A DNA stretch of 64,000 bases from an uncultured Chlorobiaceae bacterium (GCA_903895195.1 CAITSZ010000034.1:47104-111103), one strand, 5' to 3'. Shown: positions 1 to 9,819, numbered from the stretch's first letter. The notes: a model not told the origin generated them from the letters alone. Numbers and translations are program-made.

Positions 1-1
1 G

Positions 2-448
2 CTTGCCGAGCTCAAAAAAACTCTGGAACGAGTTGATATTTTCATTATCAACGACAGTGAAGCAAGAATTCTAAGCGGTGACCCCAACCTTGTCAAATCG
101 GCCCGGATCATTCGCAACATGGGTCCAAAAACGCTTATCATCAAAAAAGGCGAACACGGAGCACTCCTGTTTACCGACAACGGCATATTTGCCGCACCGG
201 CATACCCGCTTGAGTCCATTTTTGACCCGACCGGTGCCGGCGATACCTTTGCCGGAGGCTTTATCGGGCATTTGGCCCGTTGCGGAACAATAAATGACCT
301 TGAAATGCGCAGAGCGGTTCTTTACGGCAGCGCCATGGCCAGCTTCTGTGTCGAAAAATTCGGCACCGAGAAAATTGCCGCGCTCAATATGCTTGAAATC
401 GAAGACCGATTCCAGAGCTTCCGTGAACTTTCACGAATCGACGGATAA
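2..448 (+). CDS. PfkB-family carbohydrate/ribokinase-like kinase, C-terminal part (5' end outside window)
   Basis: The reading frame is open from nt 2 with no upstream stop. The C-terminal PfkB signature DPTGAGDTFAGGFIGHL is present. Confidence 0.8.
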   Translation, partial: LAELKKTLERVDIFIINDSEARILSGDPNLVKSARIIRNMGPKTLIIKKGEHGALLFTDNGIFAAPAYPLESIFDPTGAGDTFAGGFIGHLARCGTINDLEMRRAVLYGSAMASFCVEKFGTEKIAALNMLEIEDRFQSFRELSRIDG

Positions 449-520
449 CCCTAACGCGACCCCCGGGAGAGCCACAGAAGAGTAAGGAGCACAGGAAAGA
501 AACACTTAAGAAAAAACGAC

Positions 521-2281
521 ATGGATCAACTCAACATTCTTGATTACAGTTTCATCCTTGGATACCTTCTCCTGACTCTGGTCATTGGACTGTGGTTCTC
601 TTCCCGAGCTTCGGAAAATGTCGATGAGTTTTTTCTCTCCGGACGCAAACTCCCCTGGTGGATAGCAGGTACAGGAATGGTGGCGACAACCTTTGCTGCC
701 GACACACCCCTTGCCGTTGCCGGATTTGTAGCCAAAAACGGCATCGCCGGCAACTGGGTATGGTGGACATTTGTTTCGGGAGGCATGCTGACGGTATTCT
801 TTTTTGCACGACTCTGGCGACGGGCGGAAATTCTTACTGACCTTGAATTTATTGAACTGCGCTACAGCGGCGCCGCCGCCAGATTTTTACGTGGATTCAA
901 GGCAGTCTATTTCGGCCTCTTTATTAATGCTGTCATTATCGGCTGGGTCAACCTGGCCATGTTCAAGATCATCAGAATCATGGTTCCGGAACTCAATCCG
1001 GAATGGACCATTGTTGCTCTTGTGCTGCTGACTACCTTTTACTCAGGCCTTTCCGGCCTTTGGGGTGTCTCCATTACCGATGCCGTTCAGTTTGTCATCG
1101 CCATGGCCGGCTGTATCATTCTTGCTGTACTTGCTGTTCAGTCACCGGCTGTCGTCTCTGCAGGTGGCCTCACAAAGGCACTCCCAGGATGGATGTTTGA
1201 CTTTTTTCCATCATTCGGAGCAGAATCAGGCACGTCAGCCACAGGCGCTGCAGCACTTCCTTTTGCATCGTTTGCCGCTATGGCATTTGTCCAGTGGTGG
1301 TCTTCATGGTACCCCGGCGCTGAGCCTGGTGGCGGCGGCTATATTGCCCAGCGCATGATGAGTGCAAAAAACGAAAAACACTCCCTGCTTGCAACATTAT
1401 GGTTTACCGTTGCCCACTACTGCCTCAGACCCTGGCCATGGATCATTGTCGGCCTTGTCAGCCTGGTGATGTTTCCAGATCTTCCGATGAATCAAAAGGA
1501 GGATGGTTTCGTCTACGTCATGAAAGCTGTTCTCCCTCCGGGACTTAAAGGCCTGTTGATTGCAGCCTTTCTTGCAGCCTACATGTCCACGCTTTCAACC
1601 CACCTCAACTGGGGCACGAGCTATCTGATCAACGATTTTTACAAGCGATTCCTTAAAACGGATGGCGATGCAAAACACTATGTCACTATTTCTAAAATCA
1701 CGACATTCCTGACCGCTGCGTTTGCTCTCTACATCACCTTCTTTGTACTCGAAACCATTACCGGTGCATGGGAATTCATTATCCAGTGCGGAGCAGGTAC
1801 CGGCTTTGTCCTTATTCTCCGCTGGTTCTGGTGGAGGCTCAACGCATGGTCGGAAATTACATCCATGGTTGCTCCTTTCATTGCGTTCACCTGGATACAA
1901 TTGTTTACAGCAATTACCTTTCCCTTTTCGATTTTCATCATTGTCGGCTTTACCATTACGGCGACCCTCATTGTCACCTTTCTGACACCACCAACAGAAA
2001 CGGCACAGCTGGAGACCTTCTACAGAACTACCAGAGTCGGAGGAGTGCTTTGGAAAAAAATATCAAAAAACCTGCCAGATGTTGAGTCCGACACCGGATT
2101 CGCCATGCTTTTTGTTGACTGGGCACTTGGCGTCATTATGATCTATGCAATCCTGTTCGGCACAGGAAGAGTTATCTTTGGTGATCTTTTTCAGGGATTC
2201 CTTTTTCTCGGCGTCGGATCTATTGCCGGAGCGCTTATCTTTGCAGACCTTAACCGAAGGGGCTGGAACAACCTGAACTGA
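521..2281 (+). CDS. Sodium:solute symporter (SSF) family transporter
   Basis: 586 aa with many hydrophobic helices. The N-terminal block FFLSGRKLPWWIAGTGMVATTFAADTPL and the later GGGGYIAQRMMSAK are typical of SSF permeases. Confidence 0.75.
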   Translation: MDQLNILDYSFILGYLLLTLVIGLWFSSRASENVDEFFLSGRKLPWWIAGTGMVATTFAADTPLAVAGFVAKNGIAGNWVWWTFVSGGMLTVFFFARLWRRAEILTDLEFIELRYSGAAARFLRGFKAVYFGLFINAVIIGWVNLAMFKIIRIMVPELNPEWTIVALVLLTTFYSGLSGLWGVSITDAVQFVIAMAGCIILAVLAVQSPAVVSAGGLTKALPGWMFDFFPSFGAESGTSATGAAALPFASFAAMAFVQWWSSWYPGAEPGGGGYIAQRMMSAKNEKHSLLATLWFTVAHYCLRPWPWIIVGLVSLVMFPDLPMNQKEDGFVYVMKAVLPPGLKGLLIAAFLAAYMSTLSTHLNWGTSYLINDFYKRFLKTDGDAKHYVTISKITTFLTAAFALYITFFVLETITGAWEFIIQCGAGTGFVLILRWFWWRLNAWSEITSMVAPFIAFTWIQLFTAITFPFSIFIIVGFTITATLIVTFLTPPTETAQLETFYRTTRVGGVLWKKISKNLPDVESDTGFAMLFVDWALGVIMIYAILFGTGRVIFGDLFQGFLFLGVGSIAGALIFADLNRRGWNNLN

Positions 2282-2293
2282 GAAATACAACAC

Positions 2294-2875
2294 ATGGCTA
2301 AACCCACGCTTATCCTTGCATCACAGTCACCGAGAAGAAAAGATATACTCTCATTAATGCAGATCCCGTTTGAAACCCTGGCAGTTGACACGGAAGAAAT
2401 TATTGACCCCGGCCTCTCTCTTGAAGATAACATCACCAGAATCGCTTTAGTGAAAGCTGAAGCTGCTGCTGCCGTAATAGCCGGCGACAAACGCAAGGCT
2501 GTTATTCTCGCAGCCGATACCGTCGTTGCAAAAGGGAACCAGATTCTTGGTAAACCTTCCGGATTCGATGAAGCATTCAACATGCTCAAAAGCCTGCAAA
2601 ACCGTTCACACCGGGTCTATACCGGATTTGTACTTCTCTTCGGCGAAAAGACCTACACGGAATGTGTGGTAACTACCGTTGAATTTGAGCCGATGTCAGA
2701 CAGTGAAATCCAGCGCTACCTTCTTTCAGTAAAGCCATACGACAAGGCCGGCGCCTATGGTATTCAGGATCCCCTTATGGCCTGTTACATCAAACGTATT
2801 GAAGGGTGCTACTACAATGTTGTCGGACTTCCGCTTTCGAGAGTCAACAAAGCGTTGAAGCCCCTTCTATGCTGA
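2294..2875 (+). CDS. maf: Maf-like nucleoside triphosphate pyrophosphatase (septum formation protein Maf)
   Basis: 193 aa. [14 protein letters not shown] at the N-terminus and KAGAYGIQD near the C-terminus are Maf family hallmarks. Confidence 0.9.
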   Translation: MAKPTLILASQSPRRKDILSLMQIPFETLAVDTEEIIDPGLSLEDNITRIALVKAEAAAAVIAGDKRKAVILAADTVVAKGNQILGKPSGFDEAFNMLKSLQNRSHRVYTGFVLLFGEKTYTECVVTTVEFEPMSDSEIQRYLLSVKPYDKAGAYGIQDPLMACYIKRIEGCYYNVVGLPLSRVNKALKPLLC

Positions 2876-3813
2876 TATCGTCCAAACAGCCCGTTCATGT
2901 TATCCTCGGCCCTACAGCTTCCGGTAAATCCGCACTCGCTCACGCACTGGCAAAAAAAATCGGAGCTGAAATCATTTCCGCCGATTCCCGCCAGATATAC
3001 CGCGAGCTCGACATAGGCTCGGCAAAGCCTTCTCCTGAATCGCTTCGGGACGTTCACCATCATTTTATCAATGAAAAAAATATCGGCGAGCCGTTTACTG
3101 CAGGCGACTTTGCCCTGGAAGCCAGAGAGCGGATTCAACAAATACATCGCAGGGGCATTCCTGCAGTGGTGACCGGCGGTTCCACTCTCTACCTTCAGGG
3201 GTTGCTGGAAGGCTTTGCTGAGCTGCCTCCCGGAAACCCGGAAATAAGAAAAAAGCTTCTTCAGGAACTGGAAAGCATCGGAAAAGAAGAGCTCTATAAA
3301 AAACTTCTCCAAAAGGACCCTCAGCAGGCTGCCACCCTCGATGCGACAAAAACACAGCGGCTCATACGAAGCCTTGAAATAATCGAAATAACAGGGATAA
3401 GCGTCACGGAACTGCAGGCAAAGGGAAAGGGAGCAACAGAGCTTCGATTTCTTGCCTGGGGCCTCTCTATGCCCCGCGAAACGCTTTACAACCGCATCAA
3501 CCAGCGCACGGAGGAAATGCTTGAGGCCGGCCTTCTAAAAGAAGCAGCAACGCTCCACAATAAATACCGGGAACTGCTTGCAGGTGAAAAAATACCCGCT
3601 CTGCAATCGGTGGGATATCAGGAACTGTTTCAATACTTTGACGGAAAGATCAATCTCTCCACCGCCATCCAGCTTATCAAACAGCATAGCCGCAACTATG
3701 CAAAACGCCAGTTGACTTTTTTTAAAAACAGACTCAATGTCACCTGGGTAGATGCTCCCGAGAACGACAGTGAACTGGGATCACTTGTCGAGAGGCTGAG
3801 TGCTGAGCTCTGA
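2869..3813 (+). CDS. miaA: tRNA dimethylallyltransferase
   Basis: P-loop [11 protein letters not shown], then [18 protein letters not shown] and [12 protein letters not shown] chose the start at the internal ATG, which overlaps the maf stop by 7 nt (ATGCTGA); the longer track ORF adds an unlikely N-terminus. Confidence 0.9.
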   Translation: MLISSKQPVHVILGPTASGKSALAHALAKKIGAEIISADSRQIYRELDIGSAKPSPESLRDVHHHFINEKNIGEPFTAGDFALEARERIQQIHRRGIPAVVTGGSTLYLQGLLEGFAELPPGNPEIRKKLLQELESIGKEELYKKLLQKDPQQAATLDATKTQRLIRSLEIIEITGISVTELQAKGKGATELRFLAWGLSMPRETLYNRINQRTEEMLEAGLLKEAATLHNKYRELLAGEKIPALQSVGYQELFQYFDGKINLSTAIQLIKQHSRNYAKRQLTFFKNRLNVTWVDAPENDSELGSLVERLSAEL

Positions 3814-3876
3814 GGGGGGAGTACCTTGTCATCCCGAACTCCTGTGAGGGATCTATACACATGCAACACAAGGTAC

Positions 3877-4170
3877 TTATGGTATAGCGTAACGAACAAT
3901 AGAACTTATTTCTGATTTCCTCATCCGCATTCCCTCCTCAATATCATAGTCATCCTGCAGGCCTAACCAGAACTTTGCGGAATTCCCGAAATATTGTGCA
4001 AGACGCAACGCTGAGTCTGCCGTAATACGTCTCTTCCCTTTCAATATTTCAGATATCCGTGTCTGAGGTATCCCGATATCTTTGGAAAGCCTGTAAGCCG
4101 AAAGCTCTAATGGAATTAAAAACTCTTCCATCAAAACCTCTCCCGGATGAATATTTCTGAGTTCGTTCAT
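3877..4170 (-). CDS. higA: HigA-like XRE-family HTH antitoxin (no HigB partner present)
   Basis: IHPGEVLMEEFL...LSAYRLSKDIGIPQTRISEILKGKRRITADSALRLAQYFGNSAKFWLGLQDDYD matches the HigA/VapI antidote pattern. Start set at MNELRN, giving a typical length of about 97 aa. Confidence 0.8.
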   Translation of the reverse strand: MNELRNIHPGEVLMEEFLIPLELSAYRLSKDIGIPQTRISEILKGKRRITADSALRLAQYFGNSAKFWLGLQDDYDIEEGMRMRKSEISSIVRYAIP

Positions 4171-4226
4171 TTCAGTGATAGTCAATAATTTCCGCTTCGG
4201 ACGCTGTTTAGCTGAACGGGTTACCA

Positions 4227-4266
4227 CTTTATATTACAGTGGAATATACGTGATTACAATATAAAG
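4227..4266 (-). promoter_or_regulatory. Inverted repeat CTTTATATT-N22-AATATAAAG upstream of higA-like gene (possible operator)
   Basis: Perfect 9-bp arms at 4227-4235 and 4258-4266, read directly from the sequence. Located about 60-95 nt upstream of the chosen higA start. Confidence 0.25.
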
Positions 4267-4269
4267 TAA

Positions 4270-4287
4270 GGGTTTTGAACAAAACCC
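4270..4287 (-). terminator. Hairpin GGGTTTTG-AA-CAAAACCC, possible intrinsic terminator for the 4462-5953 gene pair
   Basis: Perfect 8-bp palindrome (effective stem about 7 bp). On the minus strand it is followed by the T-rich TTACTTTATATT, about 175 nt downstream of the 303-aa ORF stop. Confidence 0.35.
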
Positions 4288-4461
4288 TGTAAAAAACGAA
4301 ACCCTGCCCGGGTGCGCTGTTCAAGTGAGAAGCGTGGCAGGTATTATTGCTCGCAATTTTAAGCTATAGAACGTTTGCTATCAAGGGTTATTAGTCATTA
4401 CCTGCTCCTTGGGGCAAGTAAACAACTTAAACAGCTGCCTAAAATCGGGGTACACTGTACC

Positions 4462-5373
4462 CTATCGGATCAAATCGGTCATTGACATCAACGTATATCT
4501 CGGGCGCCCTTCACCGATCTGCATTATGTTTAGTGTTGCTGTCACAGGTTTATGCAGCCAATCCCGGTTTAAAACGTCTGGGTCTTCAATTGATGCATCC
4601 ACCTTACCACTAATCAAACCATCTTGATCCAGCAGCTTGAATTCAAACGTTCGTCCTGTCGGGAGAACTCCTTGAAATTCTCCACGGTAAGTACCTTGCG
4701 TCTCCCGAATATTTTCATCTTTCAAGCGAGCAGCGGAAAACTTGAGTTGTTCATAATCCGTATAACAAAAGGAAGTCTTTTCATACGACAAACCACACCA
4801 TGCGTGATACCTGACGAGAACATCCAGAAACTCATGAATTTTCTTTACAGCTCTGGGCTGAACTTCTTCGACAAGCTCTGCTACATCGTCATCACTCCCT
4901 TCAGCCGCCAACCGAAACAAAGCACTAATCTTATTTATCGCCGTCCTTGATTCTTCAAATTCCGGAAACTTATTCTGCCCCTTTTGAGGAAGCTCAAATT
5001 CAAAACCAAAAGAACCTATAGCAATTCCGGTAATCAACAACTGATTTTTGTCTTTATCAGGAATTGGGCCACTATGCCTTAACCTGTCGCACAACCCCGC
5101 AGCAACCGCGCTAAAGGCATCCGAAAAAGCGGATGCAGCTCTGGAAGCAAAATCAGCGGAAATACCATGTATACCGGACACAGGTCTTCCCCGAAAAGTC
5201 AATTGCGCTCTCGGTGCAGTGTACTGTGGTGGCAAATGAGATAAAAAATTATTCGCTTTCCGGAGCCGAGACTCAAGACTCATCTTATCAATAACATTCC
5301 CTTGAGGAACGGAAGAAATAAGCGCTTCCAACTCCTTAATCTCAGAGGATATGGTTTGGTATTCATTATTCAT
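4462..5373 (-). CDS. Hypothetical protein, 303 aa, no recognisable family (partner of DUF6932-like gene)
   Basis: Long ORF whose ATG overlaps the upstream gene's stop by 8 nt (ATGAATAA). N-terminal coiled-coil-like segment. No motif I can assign. Confidence 0.6.
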   Translation of the reverse strand: MNNEYQTISSEIKELEALISSVPQGNVIDKMSLESRLRKANNFLSHLPPQYTAPRAQLTFRGRPVSGIHGISADFASRAASAFSDAFSAVAAGLCDRLRHSGPIPDKDKNQLLITGIAIGSFGFEFELPQKGQNKFPEFEESRTAINKISALFRLAAEGSDDDVAELVEEVQPRAVKKIHEFLDVLVRYHAWCGLSYEKTSFCYTDYEQLKFSAARLKDENIRETQGTYRGEFQGVLPTGRTFEFKLLDQDGLISGKVDASIEDPDVLNRDWLHKPVTATLNIMQIGEGRPRYTLMSMTDLIR

Positions 5374-5953
5374 AAGTCAGTCCTCCGTCACTATCCAGAA
5401 TTGCGCTCGCATCAATATCCTGCGAAGGATCAAGATCAACTTGAACAAATCCTTTCCACAAACCGTCTCGGCGATGAGACCACATGCTATACCAATATGA
5501 AATAATTTTAACCTTCAAAGAATCCATTGGATCCCCAAGCACAACGTTATAGGAGTCTACAAAATACTTGTCCATAAGAGTCTCTTGATCGAACAAGGCC
5601 GCAAATCTGCCAGCTAAACTGGCTTGTGATTCTCCTTCTGGAAGGTAAAAAAAAGTTACGACATCCATATCGCGAGGAGGACGTCCTTCCGTAAGTTCGA
5701 CATTTTCCAAAAAACTTCCATCTATCCATTGAAAACCTGAAGTTATTCCTGCCTGATGCATCTCACCGCGAAATTGAAGTAACCCGCGAAGTATCATTAT
5801 ACGTTCCTCAGAAATAGCAAAACGGTCAACAACTGTCAACAGATTAGCGAGATAAGGAGAACGATCAGGCGAATGGCCCTTTTGTAGCGGGCTTACGGGA
5901 GGCATTACTCCGATGGAGTTCCACATCGGGATAGTTCCCTCAACTATCGTCAT
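5366..5953 (-). CDS. DUF6932-like minimal nucleotidyltransferase-fold protein
   Basis: GFQWIDGSFLENVELTEGRPPRDMDVVTFF fits the GS...DxD pol-beta nucleotidyltransferase core. The preceding SPY...VVDRFA.S..R..ILRGLLQFR resembles DUF6932 proteins as I remember them. Start set at MTIVEG; the longer track ORF has an implausible Cys/Lys-rich leader. Confidence 0.5.
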   Translation of the reverse strand: MTIVEGTIPMWNSIGVMPPVSPLQKGHSPDRSPYLANLLTVVDRFAISEERIMILRGLLQFRGEMHQAGITSGFQWIDGSFLENVELTEGRPPRDMDVVTFFYLPEGESQASLAGRFAALFDQETLMDKYFVDSYNVVLGDPMDSLKVKIISYWYSMWSHRRDGLWKGFVQVDLDPSQDIDASAILDSDGGLTYE

Positions 5954-6439
5954 AACAGCCACTCTCTTTGGTTGATGAAACTTCTTACAATACGAAAAGC
6001 ATTCGTTACATTTGCGCCAGGAAAGCGTATTATTGCCGCAAAGAATGGCAACTCCATTAGCGCTTCGTTTTATCCCCAACCGCTTTCCTCTTTTTTCCCT
6101 CACATTCAGCAGCAAGAGCATTTAAAGCTATCATACCCAAAGGACGGGTTGCTACCGGAAAATACAGTAAAATATACGCAATTACAATCTAAGATAAGGA
6201 TTTTGGATATTTACGGATATCAAATATGATGAGTAGTTTTTTTGGGGGAAGGAGAAAACAGAATAGTTTGATGCGGAAAATAAATATTAACTATGGGCTT
6301 TTTTTTTACCTTAGTGAGTAAAGGCTTCTGCAGAAGATACGTTTGATAAAATTCCTTGTTGATCATCCTGTTTTCACCCAGCACGGAATGCCTTTAAATA
6401 CTTGTATAGCAATTTTTTACGGTTATTAAAGTATAGGTT

Positions 6440-7042
6440 ATGAATTACTCAGTATCGAGCCGCAAAGAGTTAACCATCATGAAAATCGAAGAAGAGGTGT
6501 TTGATTTTCGTCATGGCGACTCATTCAAGGTGGCTATTGACGAAATAGTCAATAAGAACCAAAGCAAAAACCTCATCATAGATTTTTCTCAAGTAAAAGC
6601 TATTGATTCGTGCGGCATAAGTTCAATGCTGCTCGCTCATCAGCTATCCAATCAATCAAGCGGGCTGGCTATTTTTGTCTCTCTTGGCAAACAGATCAAG
6701 GATCTGCTGAAACTGACAAATCTGGACAAACAGCTCTACATTTTTTCATCTATCAATGAGGTAATAACACTCATTGAGCCAGCCATAAAAAGCAAGCGCG
6801 GCTCAAGAGGAAAATCACAGGCCCCCGCCTATGAAGCCATTGATGAACTGAGTGACGACCTTGATCTTATTGCCATACCGGAACTCAATGAAGCCCATCT
6901 TGATGCTCATCTTGAGGAAGATCTTGATGAGCACATGCTTGAATCTGATGACATACCCGAACACGCGGAACTCTCCGATCCAACTGCAGAAAAAGAGCCT
7001 GGATCAAAAAAAAGAGGGCGCCCGAAAAAAGCAAACATGTAG
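6440..7042 (+). CDS. STAS-domain protein (anti-sigma antagonist-like) with acidic C-terminal tail and terminal AT-hook
   Basis: The N-terminal ~115 aa have a STAS pattern (LIIDFSQVKAIDSCGISSMLL). This is followed by a D/E-rich segment and the C-terminal KKRGRPKKA. Confidence 0.7.
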   Translation: MNYSVSSRKELTIMKIEEEVFDFRHGDSFKVAIDEIVNKNQSKNLIIDFSQVKAIDSCGISSMLLAHQLSNQSSGLAIFVSLGKQIKDLLKLTNLDKQLYIFSSINEVITLIEPAIKSKRGSRGKSQAPAYEAIDELSDDLDLIAIPELNEAHLDAHLEEDLDEHMLESDDIPEHAELSDPTAEKEPGSKKRGRPKKANM

Positions 7043-7197
7043 CTCACTATGCGTCATCATTGATATGCCGAATAAAACTTGACTACTACAGCCTTAGTAC
7101 GTACATTACTGCATAGAGTTCGCGACTTCACCCTTGGAGCAGACAACCCCTGAATTTGCACCATTGGGCGGCCAAATATTAAAAAATTTGTCCACTC

Positions 7198-8424
7198 ATG
7201 ACACAAATTTATTCGCAAACCAAAAAGGCAACCACCCAGCCTGAAACTGTTAGAGCATCAGAGTTCCGTAATCATCATTCCCCTCCAGTACTCCACTCTC
7301 GAGAAGTCGTTGATAACTTCTGCAAAAAACAGCTCGAGCGAATCTTCGATGCCGCAGATATCAAAATCGGAGGCACCCGACCCTGGGATATCCACATACA
7401 CAAGCCCATTGTTTTTCGTCGCGCCATTACAGAAGGAAACCTTGGCCTTGGTGAATCCTACATGGACGGCTTATGGGATTGTGATGACCTTGAAGAGTTT
7501 GTATTCAGGCTGATCAGTTCAAAAGCAGATGAAAAAATCGTTGCACCGGTAATGTTCATAGGAAAATGGATCGGTAAAACATATAACCTGCAACGTCCAT
7601 CAAGGGCATACACCGTTGGAGAAACACACTACAATACCGGCAATGACCTTTTTAAGGCCATGCTCGACACTCGAATGATTTACAGTTGCGGATACTGGAA
7701 AGATGCCGATACTCTTGAAGAAGCCCAGGAAAAGAAGCTTCGGCTGATTTTCGATAAACTGCAGCTTCAACCCGGCATGCATCTGCTTGATATCGGATGC
7801 GGATGGGGTGGAGCTGCCCGGTTTGCAGCAGAGCACTACAACGTTTCAGTCACTGGAATAACCATCTCAACCGAACAGGCAAAATTTGCAAGGGAACAAT
7901 GTGCCGGACTGCCGGTTACCATTGAACTGGCTGATTACCGCAAGCAGCAGGGCTCCTTTGACAGAATTTATTCGATCGGCATGTTTGAACATGTCGGCTA
8001 TAAAAATTATCGCAACTATTTCGACCTTGCGAGCAGGTGTCTGAAGCCAGACGGCTTAACCCTTCTGCACACCGTAGGCTGTAACACTCCCTGCACGATT
8101 GGCGATCCTTGGAGCAGCAAATACATTTTTCCTAATTCGATGCTTCCATCTGCAAGCCAGATCACCAAAACCTACGAGGGGCTCTTTATGCTCGAAGACT
8201 GGCACGTCTTCACCTATGACTACTCTCTGACTCTTAAAGCGTGGCATGAGAACTTCGAACAACAGTGGCCGGTTCTTCGATCCAGCTATTCTGAAAGATT
8301 TCACCGCATGTGGCGCTACTATCTCCTGAGCTTCTCCGGTGCATTTCGATCCCGTTCCATTCAGCTGTGGCAAGTACTGCTTTCAAAAAACGGCCTGCAG
8401 GGCAGAACAAACATTGCGCGATAA
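7198..8424 (+). CDS. cfa: Cyclopropane-fatty-acyl-phospholipid synthase
   Basis: Near-colinear with E. coli Cfa as recalled: GNLGLGESYMDGLWDCDDLEEF, HYNTGNDLF, YSCGYWKDADTLEEAQ, LLDIGCGWGG, MFEHVG, IQLWQVL. Confidence 0.9.
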   Translation: MTQIYSQTKKATTQPETVRASEFRNHHSPPVLHSREVVDNFCKKQLERIFDAADIKIGGTRPWDIHIHKPIVFRRAITEGNLGLGESYMDGLWDCDDLEEFVFRLISSKADEKIVAPVMFIGKWIGKTYNLQRPSRAYTVGETHYNTGNDLFKAMLDTRMIYSCGYWKDADTLEEAQEKKLRLIFDKLQLQPGMHLLDIGCGWGGAARFAAEHYNVSVTGITISTEQAKFAREQCAGLPVTIELADYRKQQGSFDRIYSIGMFEHVGYKNYRNYFDLASRCLKPDGLTLLHTVGCNTPCTIGDPWSSKYIFPNSMLPSASQITKTYEGLFMLEDWHVFTYDYSLTLKAWHENFEQQWPVLRSSYSERFHRMWRYYLLSFSGAFRSRSIQLWQVLLSKNGLQGRTNIAR

Positions 8425-8434
8425 CACGGGTGAT

Positions 8435-9697
8435 TCAGTGATAGAGGAGCTTTGCTGAGGTTATGCGGCTGAACTGCTCTATCTCTCTCCGGCTCTCCTG
8501 CATAATATCATCAAGCGGCGCCTGTTTGATAATCATCTCCCGGAACAATGGAGTGCCTGCAAGCCTGTCAAAAAAAGTATTTACTTTCCCTAGACCGACT
8601 CTCTCCGGATAGAGATGCTGCAGGGCAAGAAGAATCGCTGCTCCAGTTTTGAACGGGATAAAAGCTTTTCTCTCTGTAATTGCAAGCTTCACGCCCTCGC
8701 AGCGCTCACCCTTGAACTTTCCCGACACCGGCTGAAAAACAACAGCATCAAATACAACGCCGGGCAGCTTATGCTGCCTGAGCATATCTGCAAGTTCCCG
8801 CCCATTGATAAACGGTGCACCAAGCTGCTCGAAGGGAGCCTCTGTCCCACGCCCCTCGCTCACCGTTGTCGCTTCAAGAAACACGACAGCAGGATAGACT
8901 AATGCCGTGTCAACACTTCTGATATTCGGTGAAGGAGAGATAAATCTGAAACCCTGATACTCATCGGCAAACTTCGCCCGAGTGTAGCCCGACATCGTTA
9001 TCACTCTCAGATCAAGTCGCTTATATTTTTCCTGCTTCAAGAGCAGGGCTATTTCGCCCACTGTCATGGAATGAATAAAAGGGATATCTACAGCCCCTAC
9101 AAACGACTCATATCCCGGCGCCAGCATAAACCCTGACGGAGCAAACGGAATAACAGGATTAGGCCGATCAAGCACCATAAAGGGGATGCCTGCCTCCTCA
9201 CAGGCCTGCATGGCATTGTTCATGGTCGAGATGTAGGTATAACAGCGGGAACCAATATCCTGAAGGTCAAAAAGCAGAATATCAATACTTTTCAGCTGCT
9301 TGATATCCGGTTTTTTTGATGCGCCATAGAGCGAAAAGACAGGAAGAGTATCATGAACCACTGAACCCCCGACACTTTTGCCGGCTTCAATATCAGCCGA
9401 AAATCCGTGCTCTGGTGCCATGATAAACTTAAGCCTCACTCCCCTTCGGAGCATGACGGCATAATCCGGTTCACCCTTCCTGTTGATGCCGGCAACATTG
9501 GTAATAAGCCCGACCTTCAAACCTTTGAGCTGATGGAACTGTGAAGCCTCAAGACGGTCTATACCGCAGAGTAAGGGTTCAGCAGAAACAGGAGCAATAA
9601 AAAAAAGAGCGCAGAGAATAAGGAGAAAAGAAAGGAAAGGCAGGCGTTTAGCCCCAACATGAAAACATGAAGAAAAAAAACAGCTCTCAATATCCAT
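8435..9697 (-). CDS. DUF1343 / NamZ-like exo-beta-N-acetylmuramidase family protein, secreted
   Basis: Signal-like N-terminus. Family blocks VGLITNVAGIN, APEHGF and DLQDIGSRCYTYIST are typical of DUF1343. Confidence 0.7.
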   Translation of the reverse strand: MDIESCFFSSCFHVGAKRLPFLSFLLILCALFFIAPVSAEPLLCGIDRLEASQFHQLKGLKVGLITNVAGINRKGEPDYAVMLRRGVRLKFIMAPEHGFSADIEAGKSVGGSVVHDTLPVFSLYGASKKPDIKQLKSIDILLFDLQDIGSRCYTYISTMNNAMQACEEAGIPFMVLDRPNPVIPFAPSGFMLAPGYESFVGAVDIPFIHSMTVGEIALLLKQEKYKRLDLRVITMSGYTRAKFADEYQGFRFISPSPNIRSVDTALVYPAVVFLEATTVSEGRGTEAPFEQLGAPFINGRELADMLRQHKLPGVVFDAVVFQPVSGKFKGERCEGVKLAITERKAFIPFKTGAAILLALQHLYPERVGLGKVNTFFDRLAGTPLFREMIIKQAPLDDIMQESRREIEQFSRITSAKLLYH

Positions 9698-9819
9698 GAC
9701 GCAGTAACTCTAAACGAACATTGTCAAGCCAGAAAGACGCAATCATCCCTAAACCTTAAAAGGACGAGGCAGTAATGGAATAAAATAAACAGTTAAGGAT
9801 ACAAAAAAACGACAGGGAC

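Noticed and set aside
4171-4461. I searched for a HigB toxin ORF or remnant upstream of the HigA-like gene.
   Set aside because: All three minus-strand frames have multiple stops and nothing resembling HigB. The N-terminal extension of the track ORF (MVTRSAKQRPKRK...) is probably untranslated leader.
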